Virus record (IMG/VR): IMGVR_UViG_3300012979_000004
Coordinates: 1-64,000 of that record
Length of the DNA: 64,000 bases
Origin: a virus
Lineage: Duplodnaviria > Caudoviricetes
Strand: one strand, 5' to 3'
In this document: in pieces, positions 49,668-64,000 of the stretch
Layout of the letters: each line of letters opens with the position of its first letter
Position numbering within the stretch: position 1 is the first letter of the stretch
Made by a program: the position numbers and the translations under genes
Notes under the pieces: model-generated
Seen by the model: the letters and a program-made list of their open reading frames with translations, nothing else
What the model was told of the DNA's origin: nothing
The model's database searches: none

Positions 49668-52600
49668 TCAAAAGTTCATTACTGTAGAATTTGCCTTATT
49701 TGTTTTTGCTTTATTTGTTTTTCTGGAATTGTTTTTGTTCATAGCGTCCGAGTCGTTATCAATGTAACCAAAAAATGTTTGTTTCAATCTCTATTCCACA
49801 CTGGCGTTAGGATCATAAAAATATTCAGAAAAACTTGTGCCTTTCGGATTATAAACCATACCGTATACACCACGTTGCGGTTTTAACTCACCGTCTTTTG
49901 CTTTACGTAACTGTCCCTTTTCGGTAGTCACCTAAGGTCTATAAACAAGCATATTTGTAGGAAACACTTGATAATACCAAGTCGCTGTTGAACGTAAACC
50001 GTGAACAGATCCGTCAATTGCGCCTTGTCTATACAGATTGTCAAAACCTAACTCAGATACACCAGGTATCAACGCTGTTGTTCTAGACATGTCTCGCATC
50101 CATTTTTCTTTACCTTTATATGAACCTGTTTTGATTTGCTGGTACGCTTCGATATTCCCATTTCCTCCAGTAGCGTCATCGTAAATCATTGCAGCCAAAT
50201 CTCTAAGAGCGTCTACAGCGTAACCAAAATCTTGATAATACGCTGTAAGAACAGCAGGAGATTTTATAATGTCTGTAAGAGTAAACACTAAACCGGCAAA
50301 CCACAGCTATGCAGAAGTTTCAGAAATAGCAGTCGTAGCCGCTGTATATAGCAACCAGTATACCCAATTGTCAGGATCGTCTTCAATAAGCTTTCCGGTT
50401 GTAAACGTAAGTAGAGAAGTTGCTAAAACAGAGAATATGGTACAATTCATCCTAATGATAACATACTTTTGTTGATCGGTCAACGTACTACTTTCTGCTC
50501 CTATTTTATCCAACATAGAATCTGATAATGCAAATTTAATAAGATTCCAATCCTAAAATAGTTTTGAGTACGCTTTTATAAACGGTATGACCGTCCAAGC
50601 ACCCTGTCTCGTACCTCCAGCTAAGAAGTCATACTATCCTCGGTATTCATCTGCAGCTTCCTGACGTATCAATCCGACACCAGAATCATAAACACTTCTC
50701 ATAGCTCGCCCATATAATTTTTCTAACGCACTCTTACTCATGTCTGTGTTATCGTCGTCATATACAGCAAAGTCGTGTCCGTCTTTATTATAGTCAACCT
50801 GTTGAGCAACAGCCCACCCACGCATCTATAATACAGCAGCACCTATAAAGGTGGTGTGCATACCATTTCTATCATAGGTATCAAGAATACCATTGATGAC
50901 CGATACACGTTCTCTAATAAATCCTTCCACTTGTGTTTCAAGTTTATTTGTTCTACGACCAGTCTCTTCGTTTATTACAGGGCGAACAAGATCTTCGAAT
51001 TCTGGTTTCAGTGTATATTTACCATCCTCGTCTACATAAAAAGCATCAGCGAGGGTTGTTCTTGAGTATACGGTTTTACCAAGGTCATCGACATGAGCTA
51101 TGCCTCTTCGCCATGCTTTTTTACCGTCGCCTGCCGTGTAACCAGCTCTTGTGTAATAATACTAAGCTTGTTGTTTTGTTGCAAAAACAGGCTTACCACT
51201 CTAAGGATCTTCTATCAATCTTACACTGTTGTAGATCATTTGGGTTATCAACCCTTTGTATAAATAATCCACCAAGTTGTATTCTCCCATAGAGCCATGA
51301 TTTTTCAGTACTCTACGTACCCACCATTTATTGGTATCTTTAAATATTTCGCTTATAGAAGAGCTTATTCCGTTTGCCTACATCATTGCAGCTGTTTCAC
51401 TACGAGTATTATATCTACCAAGCGGTATTGATTTTATAGTATTTGGTATGTCTTTTCCTATTCTTTTAACAGCTTCTTTAAAACAGGAAATATCAAAATC
51501 TCGACCTGATGCTATTTCAGCATAAAGAGTTACGCCAGAACTATACCAGTTTCTAAGTACAGAAGGCCATTTATGTACCATAAGTTTACTATGTGCAAGA
51601 CCCATCATCTTATATATACTTTTTGATATAAGTTGCTACACACGACCCATTTTTACACCTGGGTTTACGCCCTGACGCATACGGCCATACATATACATAC
51701 TCTTATGTGTATCAAATCTCTTTGATTGATCGCTAACGCCCTCAGAGCGGCCTGCAAATCCACCTTTAAGTTGAAATCCAACAAGCTCCCATAAAGGCTA
51801 CATTATAGACTTGTTTTCGAAGTTACAAGCCGTTTCTGTAAAGTCTACGAGCAAACTTATGAGATCTGTCTTTATCATGTTTTTATCGTCAAGATCTCTC
51901 ACACCGCGTATTGGTATTGTTTCTACATAGGTTCCGTCAGGTCGTAATTGAAATTCTTCATTGTACTCCAAGTCTGTTTCATTTACACCAGATTCACCTA
52001 TAATCGCCTTCCACAGTGTCTTAGCTCCATGTTTTCTTGTAAATAGTGAACCAAACTCGTCTCTTTGTTGCGGTAACCGATACCTGTTTTTTCTATAGGT
52101 GGATGGCAGTTTTGCCCACATTTCATCTAAAACATTTAAACAATCGTCGTAGAAATCCTTTATTTTAGAATTGTTGTTTAATATTTCTTCAAATTCACGA
52201 TCGCGGTACATTTCTTCGTCGACTTGTATGTGCTCTGGTTTCGTAGGGTCATACTTCTAGTCTACAAATAAAGATGATTCTTCGTCTATTTCTGAAAATA
52301 TACCTGTTCCACTAGGACTTTCAACCCACATTGGATTTACAGGAGCGCTGTATGAAAAAGCACTCAACGGTGTTATTACTTTTTTACCGTCTTTGGTAGT
52401 TTTTGTATATGTGAATTTGTCATTAAATTCACTTTCCTTCCCTGCCGCAACATACTAATCGTATAACCAGCTGTAATACGATTGAGATGTTCCAAACTTT
52501 TTAACTTGCAGTCGATTTGTTATCGCATTAAGATCCTCAACATCCTGTTTTGTCAACTTTTTAGAAGTGTCGCGATTCTTGTATATCTGCTCATCTATGC

Positions 52601-55514
52601 GTTTCAATTCAGCCCACGCTTCGTCGTTGAGTTTATCCAAATTTGGCTCAAAATACCCACGTCTGTTAAAACACGATCTCAATATTGCATTTTTTCTGGC
52701 ATTTAACTCCGCAATAATGGGGTTTTTGTTGTTGCCAATGATTTTGTTTATTTCTTCATAGTACTCCTAAGATAACTAAGTGGTTGAGTTTTCGTAATCA
52801 AACGCGTTAAGAAGCTGTTGTACGTCAAGATCTGTATAAAGCTGGCCTGTTAATGGGTTGGTAGCAACTCCTATTTTAGCAGAATACTCGTTCTCCAGTT
52901 TCTCTCTAACTAATTTATAAGCCTGTGTGTTATTTGAATATGCCACACCTGACGAATTACGTAAGTATGCTTTCCAGTTGATTAATTCTTGTGCAATCCT
53001 AGCATCATCGCCAGATTTTGGTATAAATTTTGAAATTTTACCATAAGCGTCATGTACAACTACATACGGGTTGGACAGCTCCTCTTTTTGTCTACGAAGT
53101 TCTACAAGCCTTTCACGGTCCAATGGTTTTAATTTATACGTCAAAGGTGCTTTTATTGTGCGAGTTTTTCCATTTGGCAGAGTTATATCTACGTTGTCTA
53201 TACATTTGTTTTCTATTTCACGTATTTCTCTGTTGATGCCATCCAATTTGTCAATTGTAGTCTTAGATAGATACTGTCTACGGGTTTTATAATAATCCGC
53301 CTTATACCTTCTATGTCCTCCTATTTTTTCTATATAGTCATCAAGCTCGTCATTATAAGAACGCCAATCGTCACCATTGTTGAACGTTATTGTACCATCG
53401 TTTTCATCTACTTCGGCATTGTACTTCTCTAAAAGCTACTTCTTCTTACTTTCAATCTTTTTATCAAACGCACCTCTGTTTATAGAAGATCTAAGATTTC
53501 CAGTATAATCTCCATCTTCGTCGCGTTCGTATAACAATTTTACATAATTGCTAAACGGACCCATTATTTTCCTAAATTCTTTTTCTGCAGCTTTATATGA
53601 TTTACCAAGCCGCCTTCCTACAGTATCAACTTGATTTCTAGTAAGAGCGTTCTATTGCCTTAACGCAAAATCAAACATTCTTATTATCGGCGAATCTGAT
53701 GCAAATCCTCCTTTCAACAACCTGTCAAAAAACGACAAGTGTCCGCCGTTAATCTTGTTCTATAACCATTCAACCATGTTGTATATAAACCTGTCTTTAT
53801 CCCCAACAACAAGTTCTTCGGCTTTATTCTAAAGCATCTACTGTGTATACAACAGGTTTAGCTTATCGAACTCGTCTTCAATAATGCCCATCTTACCTCG
53901 AATAAGATCTACAGCATCCATAAACGAAGTTCCTTCTGAAGCAACACCGGTGGTATCCTCTTTAGCCCATTTTATAACCCATTCTTTGATAAGGTTTTTG
54001 TAAAAACCAATAACATTATGCCTAATATTATCAAGCTGCGCAGCATTAATTTGTTCTATTGGCATATTCTTCATCTGTTCGATTAACTAATACGCATTAG
54101 CAGTTTCTGACAAACCCTTTATGACAAACTATTCCATAGCGACAATTCTTGCAGAATCTTGTCGTGATTTATCTAGATTTTCAATAGCGTCTAATTGTGC
54201 TATTGTTTTCTTTAACTCTGCAATTTGTTCTAATTCGTTGCCAAGTAGTGCAGCAGGCTAAGATTTCTCTAAAGCTGTTATTCTAGAAACAAGGCCGCTT
54301 CTGATACGTGACACAACATTTTTTATCGTAACGTGCTGACTCTTTGGTCTAGTTATATAAAATATCGTGTTCAGCTCTTTGTCTGTAGATCTAATTAGGT
54401 CTTGAGCACAAGAAAAATATACAGCCAATGCGTCAAGCGTATTGCGTTGCAACTGCCTGTTTTCAGCACTTGTTTTACGTCTAAACAGCTCACGAAAAAA
54501 TTGTCCAACGCTAAACCAAAAGTTATTTAACTTTTGTTGTTTTTCAGTACGCTTAAGTTTACCAACTACATAATCCGTGGAAAGTTTTACTAATCTTTCT
54601 GGTCCGAGATCATTTCCGTGAACATCTTTAATAGTCTAAAACAATTTCTGCATGAAATCAGCATCGTAGAACATACGTATGTACTATTCTACTATGATTG
54701 GAATTGTGGTTGAAAGATCTCTGTTGTTTAAAACACTATTTAGAAGATGGACGCTTATAAGATGTTGTGTGTTCTAAACTACGGTAGACATGCCTGGATT
54801 AGCGAATCTGTATGATAAAGAGTTTAAGAAAGTTGCTCGCATGCTACCAAGTTTTGTAGAACCTGTATATCCGTCTAATGGGTTTCCATGAACGTCTACA
54901 AAACCTTCAGCAAGGTGTGTCTGAATGGTTGTTATTGCTTTATCTAGAGTTCTTTTATCGTAATCAGCTTCAGCCAACTATCTAACTCTTGCTATCTGTT
55001 CTGTCGTAGCGTCTGGGTTGTTATTTAATAAGTCTTCAACAGCCTGTTTGGCTTCAGCATCACGCTCTTCTCGCACAGCACTCAACACGACAGGTGTGCT
55101 GTTTACTACGTTAGACAGCTCTAGATTGGCCAATCGTTCCACAACCACCTAGTGGTTACTAAGTATGTCTTTTATAGCGGTATGATCAACCAATACTGGA
55201 TCCGACTACAATGTTGTTATAGACGGTTCTTCGCTACCGTTGGAGGCGTCATAGTTTTCATGCCAATTTCCATATTTGTCTACATATAAAGGAGTATAAA
55301 TTACAGATTTTGCAAACACTGCTTCCTCCTCTGTCATTCCGCTTGAAATTAGAGCTGAATATAATTCTGATTGGGTTCCGTCAGGAGCCTAATCCAAAGG
55401 CAGTCCATTATTCATAGACACAACATAATAGGCAGCACTTTCGCTGCCTAATATGTCTGTGTATTTTTTAAGTAATGCCTTAATTTCTGGGTGTGATTTT
55501 ACTAAACATTGCAT
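49668..55514 (-). CDS. Giant putative virion cargo protein (1948 aa, TAG=Gln)
   Basis: Ten track fragments share one frame from ATG 55514 to TGA 49668; adjacent to the vRNAP gene as in crAss-like phages. Not every codon was checked by hand. Confidence 0.8.
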
Positions 55515-55530
55515 AATTTATCATCCTTTA

Positions 55531-58500
55531 TTAAAATGGAAGATCTTCAAATCCGCCATTACATTTATCCTCTTGTTTTTTACCCAAATTGGACAAGTAA
55601 ACAATCTATTCCTTTCGTATCTCATCATCCAATTCGCTTATTTGCTAGCGAATGGCATCGGCAGAAGCATTAAGTTTTTCCATCGCTTCTCTGCCTGTCG
55701 ATATATCTTCTTCAGACCTATCATACTATTTAGAAATAGCACTTTTCACAAGTTGTATAACATCATTATCTACGTTTACGTCGTGGTTGCTTGCAATAAG
55801 ATTTGAAAATTTAGAAACGTTAATGACGAACTTGTAGAATGGTACAGTGACTTTCCCAAATACGGGGCTATACTCTTCTCTAACATCTTCTTGTATGTTT
55901 ATTAGATTTTCGATATCGTTTCCAAACATCTTTTTAAGATTTTCAACTCTCTCGTTCTTTTCGCTTTTTCCACGGTACCACTCAGACTCTACAGATTTAA
56001 AGCCGTTTAACTCTAAATAGTTCAAAATATTATACGCAATTGTGAAATAATTACTTTTTACGGAATTGTCCAATCTTGCAAAATTGTATTTATTGTCAAA
56101 TAGATGTTCTGTTGGAAATATGAAAGGTGAAGTAACAACATTTTCACTGATATTAATTCTCATACTAACGAGACCAAATATACTTTTACCGTTGTCTATA
56201 AATCCGTTTATACCTCTAAGCTTTCCTGCGGGAGTATTTATAACAAACGGATCGTGTTCTATCGGAGATATAAACTACTTTTGTACTACCTGTTTTTTAT
56301 TTACGACCTCTCTTAGTCGATTTGTTAAAATCCAACGTTGTTCGTGTAATGCTCCAATGCGGCCTTCGCCAAACGGAGATACTGGTTCTGAAACATCGTC
56401 AAAGATTTTCTGATCGTCATAAACAGACTTGGACGACGTAATCACCGGTCTTCCGTATTCATCGTTCTTGATTTCAAATATTGTAGACTATATCGCTTCA
56501 AGACTATATACTCTGAATGTAATTCTTGCGCTGGATTGGTCTTGTGTTAATTTTTCCACATTGCCTACAATAGACATAAACATAGGACCATCTCTAAAGA
56601 CTACTATTTGTCCGTCATTTAATTTACCTTCTTTGCCAGGCTCGGCCTCAAAAGAATAGTCTACTATATCTCTAGGAATATTTACAGTTACGTCTGCTGT
56701 ACTATTAGCAGAATCTAAATACTCATCAAAGCGTTCAAGTTGTGGCAATATCTGTTCGTATACAACCTTCTTGTTTACAAAAGACACTGTGTTGCTAGAT
56801 ATAAACAACTTGTAGTTTTCCTTAGCCCTGCGATTTTCTTCGGCATATTTGTCCATCAATTCCTTACTTGGATTTGTAAGAAGAGTGACCATTGCGTCTT
56901 TTATAGTCTTTTCTACAGATTTATATTCTTTCTATACTCCAAACAGTTTTAGTATTGCAGAAATAAGTTTGTCGAATATATTCTTACCTTTGTGTCTTCT
57001 ATCAAAATCACGAATGTGCGCCAAGAATTCAGGTTTTGATATTTCTGCAATCATTTCAATAGGGCTAGAATACCCGTAAAGATCGTCAGACTGTATCCAA
57101 AATTCAAACGCTTTTTCAACATTCATTCCACGACTCGATATACCTTTTTTATCGAAATGTTGTTCTATGAAATCTTGTTTAAGAAGGTCGTAGCAATATT
57201 CTATTTCTGTTATAGCTTGTTGAATTTCTTTAGGTAGATTAGACCTGTTTGCAGTTTTTAGATAATAACAAGTAACTGCATGAACGGATTCGTGTAATAA
57301 TGTATTTGGCTACAATGCGTCCGGGTTATACAATATCTTATTCTCACTAGCAACAAATCTACCACTAACCCCTTCTCCAAGATCTGCGGATTCAAACGTG
57401 ACACCAGTACCATCTAACGCATTAAATACAAGTTCTGTTAATTTTGCATTAGGCGCGCCTTCTCCGAATTGCTATATTAACTGTTGCTTAACACCTTGTA
57501 TAGAACTTTCACCGCGTTTTCTGTCGTCAAGTTCTATCGGGGTTTCGATATAAGAAGAGCCATATAACTCTCCGTCATAAAATTGAGAATCTCTAATAGG
57601 AGCATCTATATTATAAAACTCTTTTATATATTTTACAACAAACGGTGTGTGTAAATCTTTATAATTTTTATAAATATTTGCGTATTTGTATAAATCAGAT
57701 GGTTCTTTTGTTCTAGAACCAAGCATTAAATTGGCGTGTTCGGCAGAATTCTATAATTCTTTCAACTGTTTATGAAGTGATAATAACTGTTGTGATGCAT
57801 TATCCGGTAATTGAACATCTGCGGCGCTAAACATGTTTTCCATAATTTTTCGTAGCACGACATATGTTTTGGATCTACGAGCTATTCTATTATAGTCGCG
57901 TCTGCTTTTATCCAGATCTCTCACAACATTTAACACACTAGGGTCTACTTCTTTTGACCTTCCGGCATGCATTCTTGCGAGAACGGATGGCGGCAATGAT
58001 CTTTCATCGGTTACACTATTCTACTTCTTCCACTCTTCATATTCAGAATCCGTCATATTCTAGTATACGTTTTCATACTCAGTAGCTCCTTTCTTGATAA
58101 GTCTCGGTTTGCGTTCTTCTTGTACACTATTTTGTTCTGCTCTAAGTTCTTCGCGTACTTCCATGAGAATTCTTGGGAACTCCCTAGAATATTCTTTTCT
58201 GCCACGAGTATGTGTCAACTTAACATTACCGGTAGAAAGAAGTCTATTTCGTGCAGTTTCATTTTGTTCAAACGAAGCCTTGATAAGATCTTTCAATATC
58301 TCATATTTATAAGTATTCCAATCTGTTATATCTAACTTAGGAACTTCTCCTCCTAATTGTTTAGCTTTTGCAGAAGTAGCGGCGTTCTATATGCTTTTAA
58401 ACCATTGATCTCTTTCTTCTGCCATCATGTCTGTATAGAACACCTTTGCAGCCTGGAAAGCTCTTTCTACAGATTTAAATTCATATTCTTCGTTGCTACC

Positions 58501-61500
58501 AGGAGCTCCTATAACAGAACCTTTAATCTTGAACGGACGTTCCGCAAAATTACTTAAATCTGGATTAGATCTGTTAGGATCGTTGTCACTACTACCATAC
58601 CATATTTCCATTGGTCTTACCCCGTTTGCTCCGCCAGAATGAAGAGTATGACCGTCATATGGCATGTCATATGTACCAGGAGTATTTACTTTAGGTTCCT
58701 GTATCGTCTAATCAAACATTCCTGTACTAACCCACGCTCTACTAAAATGCACATTTGTTGGAATTGGGCCAGCTTCTTTGAACATGGCGATCATTTCGGC
58801 ACCAACATAACCATTGAGTGTCAATTCTGTCAACCCGTTTGTATATGCGACTTTAAATACTTTTTCAGGAGTTTGTCTAGCAGCTTCATATAAACTCTTT
58901 ATTGATTTTACTATGTCGTCTGGAGAAATAGTACGTTTTACAGGATTGCTCTTAACCTGGTCGTATGTAATATTAGAAGGATCGAACTCAAATCCACTTT
59001 GTTCTGCACGATAATGATCTAATACTTTTTGTCTTTGACGTTCACCTGGTCTATACCATTCAGTGCCTTTAGAAGCTTCTATATCTTTTGTAGGTAACGC
59101 GTAGGCGTTTCCGGTCATACCTTCTCCGACTCCTATTTTTGCTCCAAACATATCTTTAGCATATCGTGCAGCTCCAGCTCCATGGATACCCTAAGGATTA
59201 CTACCAAACACCATTATCGTACTTCCATCTGGAACAATATTACCGTCATAGTAGTTTGGTCGCTGAGTAAACGTTTGGTCGGATTCATATGAAGCTCCGG
59301 CAGATCTTTGTCTGTTTACACCCTCTACCATTGCTGCAAGGGTTTTGTCGACAATGTTGCTTTGCACAAGCACTGACAAATTTGTTTTGTGTTCATAAAC
59401 ATAATCTGCGATTGTAAGCAGCGCGTCTCCTGGAGTTGTTGCAGTTACACCTAATATGTCAAGTAGTGTTTTTAAACTACGATTCACCAACTCTTCTGAA
59501 TTACTACGCTCATTTGCATAATACTATAGAACACGCTCGCGCTTGTCATACACGCCACCTTTGTGATCTACTAACTAGTATATTGGGTAATTACTACCTG
59601 TTTTACTGCTGCCTGAGCTAACAAGCTTGTACATATTATATGCGTCCCTTCCTTTTATGGCACTCTGACTGTCGTACTTAGGAATCTTTATGTAAGTTTT
59701 TGGATTAGTTATTGTAGAATTTCCACTATTGTCAATACCTGCAATTAATAATGGAGTTCCGTTTACGTCCTTACCTGATGTAAACGATTGGAACACCGGC
59801 TTGTTCTTGTTATACATATTGTACTTTGGAACAATGCTATCGTTATACCAATTGTTTAAGACGATGTCTTCTATATCTTGGTCAGATATAACCTAAAAAC
59901 CATTCACACACTGTGTGTGCTAGTTTCTCATATGTTCCGAATACGAATTATCGTCATTATCAATCTTTCCAAGTTTCCAAGAGTTTGGTACGTATTTGAA
60001 CAGATTTTTACCTCCGTAATCTCCTGAAGTTATGAACGCGTATACAATCAACTCTCTTGCAAACTGTTGCAACTCTGGGTATCTTGAATCCGACAATAAA
60101 TCCTCCCAAGCCTAAGTAAGATCGTCAGCGTTAAATGTATCGTCTATTACAAAGTCTAATGACTAAATAAACTTAACTCCTCCGTCATATTCATATTTAT
60201 TGCCGCTAACCAACGCCTAAAGCAGGTAATTAATCGGACCACCGGTTCTACTATCGATCAGCTACCTGTATTTCTAATCGTTTATAAGGTTTGTCTTAAT
60301 CTACAACAGTTTGTCATATATTGTAGAGCTGCCTGAAATAAGACTTTCAGGATTTATTTTATACCTTTCACAGTATCCATTTTGACCGAAGAAGTATTTA
60401 GATTTAATCTTTGCCATAATGGCGTTTTGCACAAGATTGATAACCTTAGGATCTTTTCCTGTATTTCCAACTGTTGTCAACACTCTGTCTACATCCTATA
60501 CAAATTGATCGGTAGCTTCTATCATTTGATTACCAAGGACTTGTCTAAACAGGTTTGTTGCCACCTATGTTTGATGTTGTATGTAACTTTTTTGATACAT
60601 ATTATCTAGACTCTGTGTGTCAAATAGAGCTCTGTATTCACCTTGTGCATCTGGTTCAAACAATTCAGCAACACCCTACAAATACTTCTGCTATTCTACC
60701 AAGTTTTTACCTTGCTTCTTAGTATCAATTTTTGTATGTTGTACCAACGAAGATAGTGCCTTAGCATAAGGTTTAAATTGGGTATTAGCAAAATATACGA
60801 TCATCTGGATATCAAATGCAGACATTTTGTGTTTTTCGCCGTTTATTGTCAACTCATAGTCTTCAACATCGTCTTCTACACTAGTATACTTAGAACCAAA
60901 TTCTCCAATGTGCTTTTTTGCAACTTTTCGCATCACATCGCAGTCTTTTGCAAAAAGAGCCTGAATTGCATCATCTATGTTGAAATCGCACGTTCCTTGG
61001 TAGTACTTTATCGCAACGTCGTACGATTTGAACGCTTGACCAAAATGTGCGTCTATCATATTTTTTACAACAGCCTATTCAGCCTCTTCAGAAATCTTAG
61101 TCTTACTCTTAGACTAATCGTTCATGTATATACCATTTGCATTTTGATACGATATTGCCAATTGTCGCATTATAGGCTGAGTTGTAAAATAGAACGTGTC
61201 TTTTCCAAGACCAGCATGCGTTAACAAAGATACAAGATTATACGTATACTAATTAACATTCAGCTCCGGTATCCACGGATCTTTTGCTGCATCGACGTGA
61301 GCATTAATCAACCCTGAGAACCAACTCATGATAGATTTACCATATCTATCTTGATATCCACCTAAGTTTGTAAGACCAAGCCTTGTCATAATAGATTCAC
61401 TGTCGTCGAGCTTAACGTTATACAACTGCATCAATATATGCGTGTTGTTATTAAGTGCAAACGGGGCTATTCCGAATTTACCAGAAATAAATACATTCTT

Positions 61501-64000
61501 TGTGTTAGATTGTTCCCTAAGTATATATCCACTATACGGCATTAGCGTTTCTTTCTGAATACCTTCTCTGAGATCGTCTCGTATTTCAGTAAGAAATGAT
61601 GTATCGTTGTCAATGGAACCATTTAAATCTTGGAACGAGTGATCAGAATCTTTAAGTACAGAAAGATATGCATTTATCAACCTGTTTGCATACCATTCAT
61701 GAGTGCGCTCTTCAAAATCAACAGTTCCCTGTGGATTATAATATAATCTAGACAGGAACATCTTATCGATATCGTAGTCGGATCCAGTAATAGAGGTGAT
61801 TGCTTTAGGCATTATGATAGTGTCTCTAATCACCGGAATCACATCTACACAACGCATAGCGTGGATAGAAGATACAGCCTGTGTTGGGATACGGTATCCT
61901 ATTATATTTGCACTTGCGCCGGTACCAGGTATCGGTTTACCATCTTCATCATATTTAGGTCCGCCTATTATCTTATGATCAATGAGCCATTGACGTTGTT
62001 CTTCAAAAGACAAGCTGCTTACAGAAACATATTCATCTGTTTCATATTCTTCTTCAACTTGAACGTCGTGTGTGCGCGTATAGTCTGTATGCGGTACGCC
62101 GTATTTTTCGTACGTGTCGTATTCTTTCTTGACTACTTTTCTTGTCTTCTTGATTTTTTTTCCAGTCTTTACCTTGGCTTTCTTAAGAATATCTTCAAAA
62201 TAATCAATCGAAAGCACAACGTCCATAGAACCATCTTCATTCTTAACCTGTAACGGCTTTCCGTCATTTAACGACGGTGGTATATTTTCATCGCTGAGCA
62301 CAGATACACCCTCCATACCCCAAGGAGATCTTTGATAAAACGCCTTACCTGGTGTGTTCGTGTCTATCACACGCTTGTCTATCATAGACTTAATGATACT
62401 CTATATCCAATTCATTCCAGATAAAGCAGCCAAAGGAACTTTAAGTTGCCCGTTTTCAACGCTCACTGCGTCTATCATTTCTGCACTAGCCCCCCTGCCA
62501 ACAAGCTCTTTTGTAAGAACGCTGCTGAACTTATTAACGTCAAACTAGCCATCGGTAAAAAACAATTCTTTAGTAATCTACATGCCGCTATCACTCATAG
62601 CGTTGAGACATTCCATGATCCTGTTTCTAACCTATGTTGCGCTCAGATTCTCTCCACCAACAACATATGTTCTACCAGGAACCAGTGTAGACAAAGCAAC
62701 CTTTTTTGTTTGCGTACCGATAGACATTTCTTCTTTATCTTTCGGATCGGTGTTAAATTGCTTGCGAAGATACTTGATTTTCTGTGTATATGTATTAAAC
62801 TTAAGACTATCAATGTTGTTCCAATCTACAGAAACAGAACCCTGTCCTCCTACTTTCACAGCAGAACGCATCATGATCATATCTATATGATTGTTTTGCA
62901 TCTTTTGATAAAAATCTGCCAACGGTCCTGTTGCTATAGATTTGAATATTGGGAATAATGCGGTTTTGTTATAATAAGGAATATGTGTAATAGTTGTGTT
63001 TCCTTCAGCGTCTGTATGTTTGCGTTCTCTAAATCCAAATGCTGTGTATTTTTGTGCACCTATTACTGAAGTAAGCACAAGTTGATATGCTTTTGCCAAC
63101 TCTCGAATATCTTTAGTAGTGTATACTTTGCCATCTACTTCTTTGCCGGTAAGTATGTCGAATGCTCGTTTCACATCACCGTTGAAAGATCCAGCCATTC
63201 TGAGAAGGTTTTCACACATCTATTCAGATATATATGACGCACCGTCTGTTACGTTTATTTTCTTAAACGCGTTTACTTTTGAATTGACTGAGTTAGTAAT
63301 GACAGTTTTTACAACATCATCAAAAGTATTCCAAATGTCTTCGATTTCCATCTCATCCACCTCTTTTGACAACTGTTCGGCACGATCAACATCGTCGAAA
63401 GAAATACCTTCTTCAGCAATCCTGTTTTTCAGATAGGTATCACGAATAGTCCCTTCGTGTATAAGTTTATATAGTTCGTCGATATTATCCTCAGAAGCTT
63501 TTTCATCGTTGACTTCGGCGCAAACATAATCTTCTTCTATCCCAGGTAAAATAACGTTGTTAAAACCAGTAGACACAAGACCTCCGAGTCGTTTAGATTG
63601 GTCGTCGGTTCTGTTGTAAAGATGACCATTCTTGTCGTACTTAAAGCCGTAGAACGATGGGTGTCCGCTAAATACACGTTCGTACTCGTTCATAGATATG
63701 ATTCCCTTTGCAACAACATCGCCGACAAGCATCATCAATGCGGTTCTACGTAGTTTATCTTGATCTCCGTTTGGATACTTTGCTGCAAGTACGCCATAAA
63801 TAGAATCCAACTTTTTGTAATCCAGTCCGACGTTTTGGTATCTAAGCATGTTAGAATCTTGTTGGTTTTGTTTCCCCACATCCTGAATGATGCCTAGTTC
63901 GCATATATACTACAATTCTTTTTCGACCTGTCTTAAAAGAATCTCATTTATCATGTTTCTCTATTCTTCAGGACTCTTGTCGAAGAAATATTCATGCGCG
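55531..64000 (-). CDS. Virion RNA polymerase (fused two-barrel, >2800 aa, 5' end outside the window, TAG=Gln) with C-terminal macro-like, NADAR and zincin domains
   Basis: YRIPTQ and catalytic GSDYDIDK (~61770-61900); checked fragments are in one frame ending EDLPF-TAA. Confidence 0.88.

Noticed and set aside
49668-64000. Fragmented ORFs read as pseudogenes or sequencing errors
   Set aside because: The fragments share one frame and the breaks I checked are all TAG, which recoding explains

Overview
A 64-kb segment of a crAss-like phage (Crassvirales, probably with a Bacteroidota host) that uses two genetic codes. Late and virion genes read TAG as Gln. They lie on the minus strand at 1-18.6 kb and 49.7-64 kb, with a short plus-strand block at 18.8-20.9 kb. 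Reading TAG as Gln rejoins the fragmented ORF track into TerL (687 aa, Walker A KARQKGYS with Q encoded by TAG), portal (828 aa), a 1948-aa putative virion cargo protein and a >2800-aa virion RNA polymerase. An amber-suppressor tRNA(CUA) is present. The plus-strand early and replication genes (21-49.6 kb: ECF sigma factor, PolB, DnaB, Sak4, SSB, primase, nucleases) read intact in the standard code, and several end in TAG. The major capsid gene is split by a group I intron whose HNH homing endonuclease is itself recoded. The most striking content is non-coding: (1) a circularly permuted two-piece tmRNA with tag (A)GNSYIADYTKLAA; (2) five non-canonical tRNA-like elements with about 6/6 acceptor/T stems; (3) an array of hairpins sharing one loop motif; (4) two type III hammerhead ribozymes flanking a 557-nt RNA; (5) a ~2.1-kb gene-free region with long-range pairing, a candidate very large structured RNA. 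All calls come from manual reading; no database searches were run.
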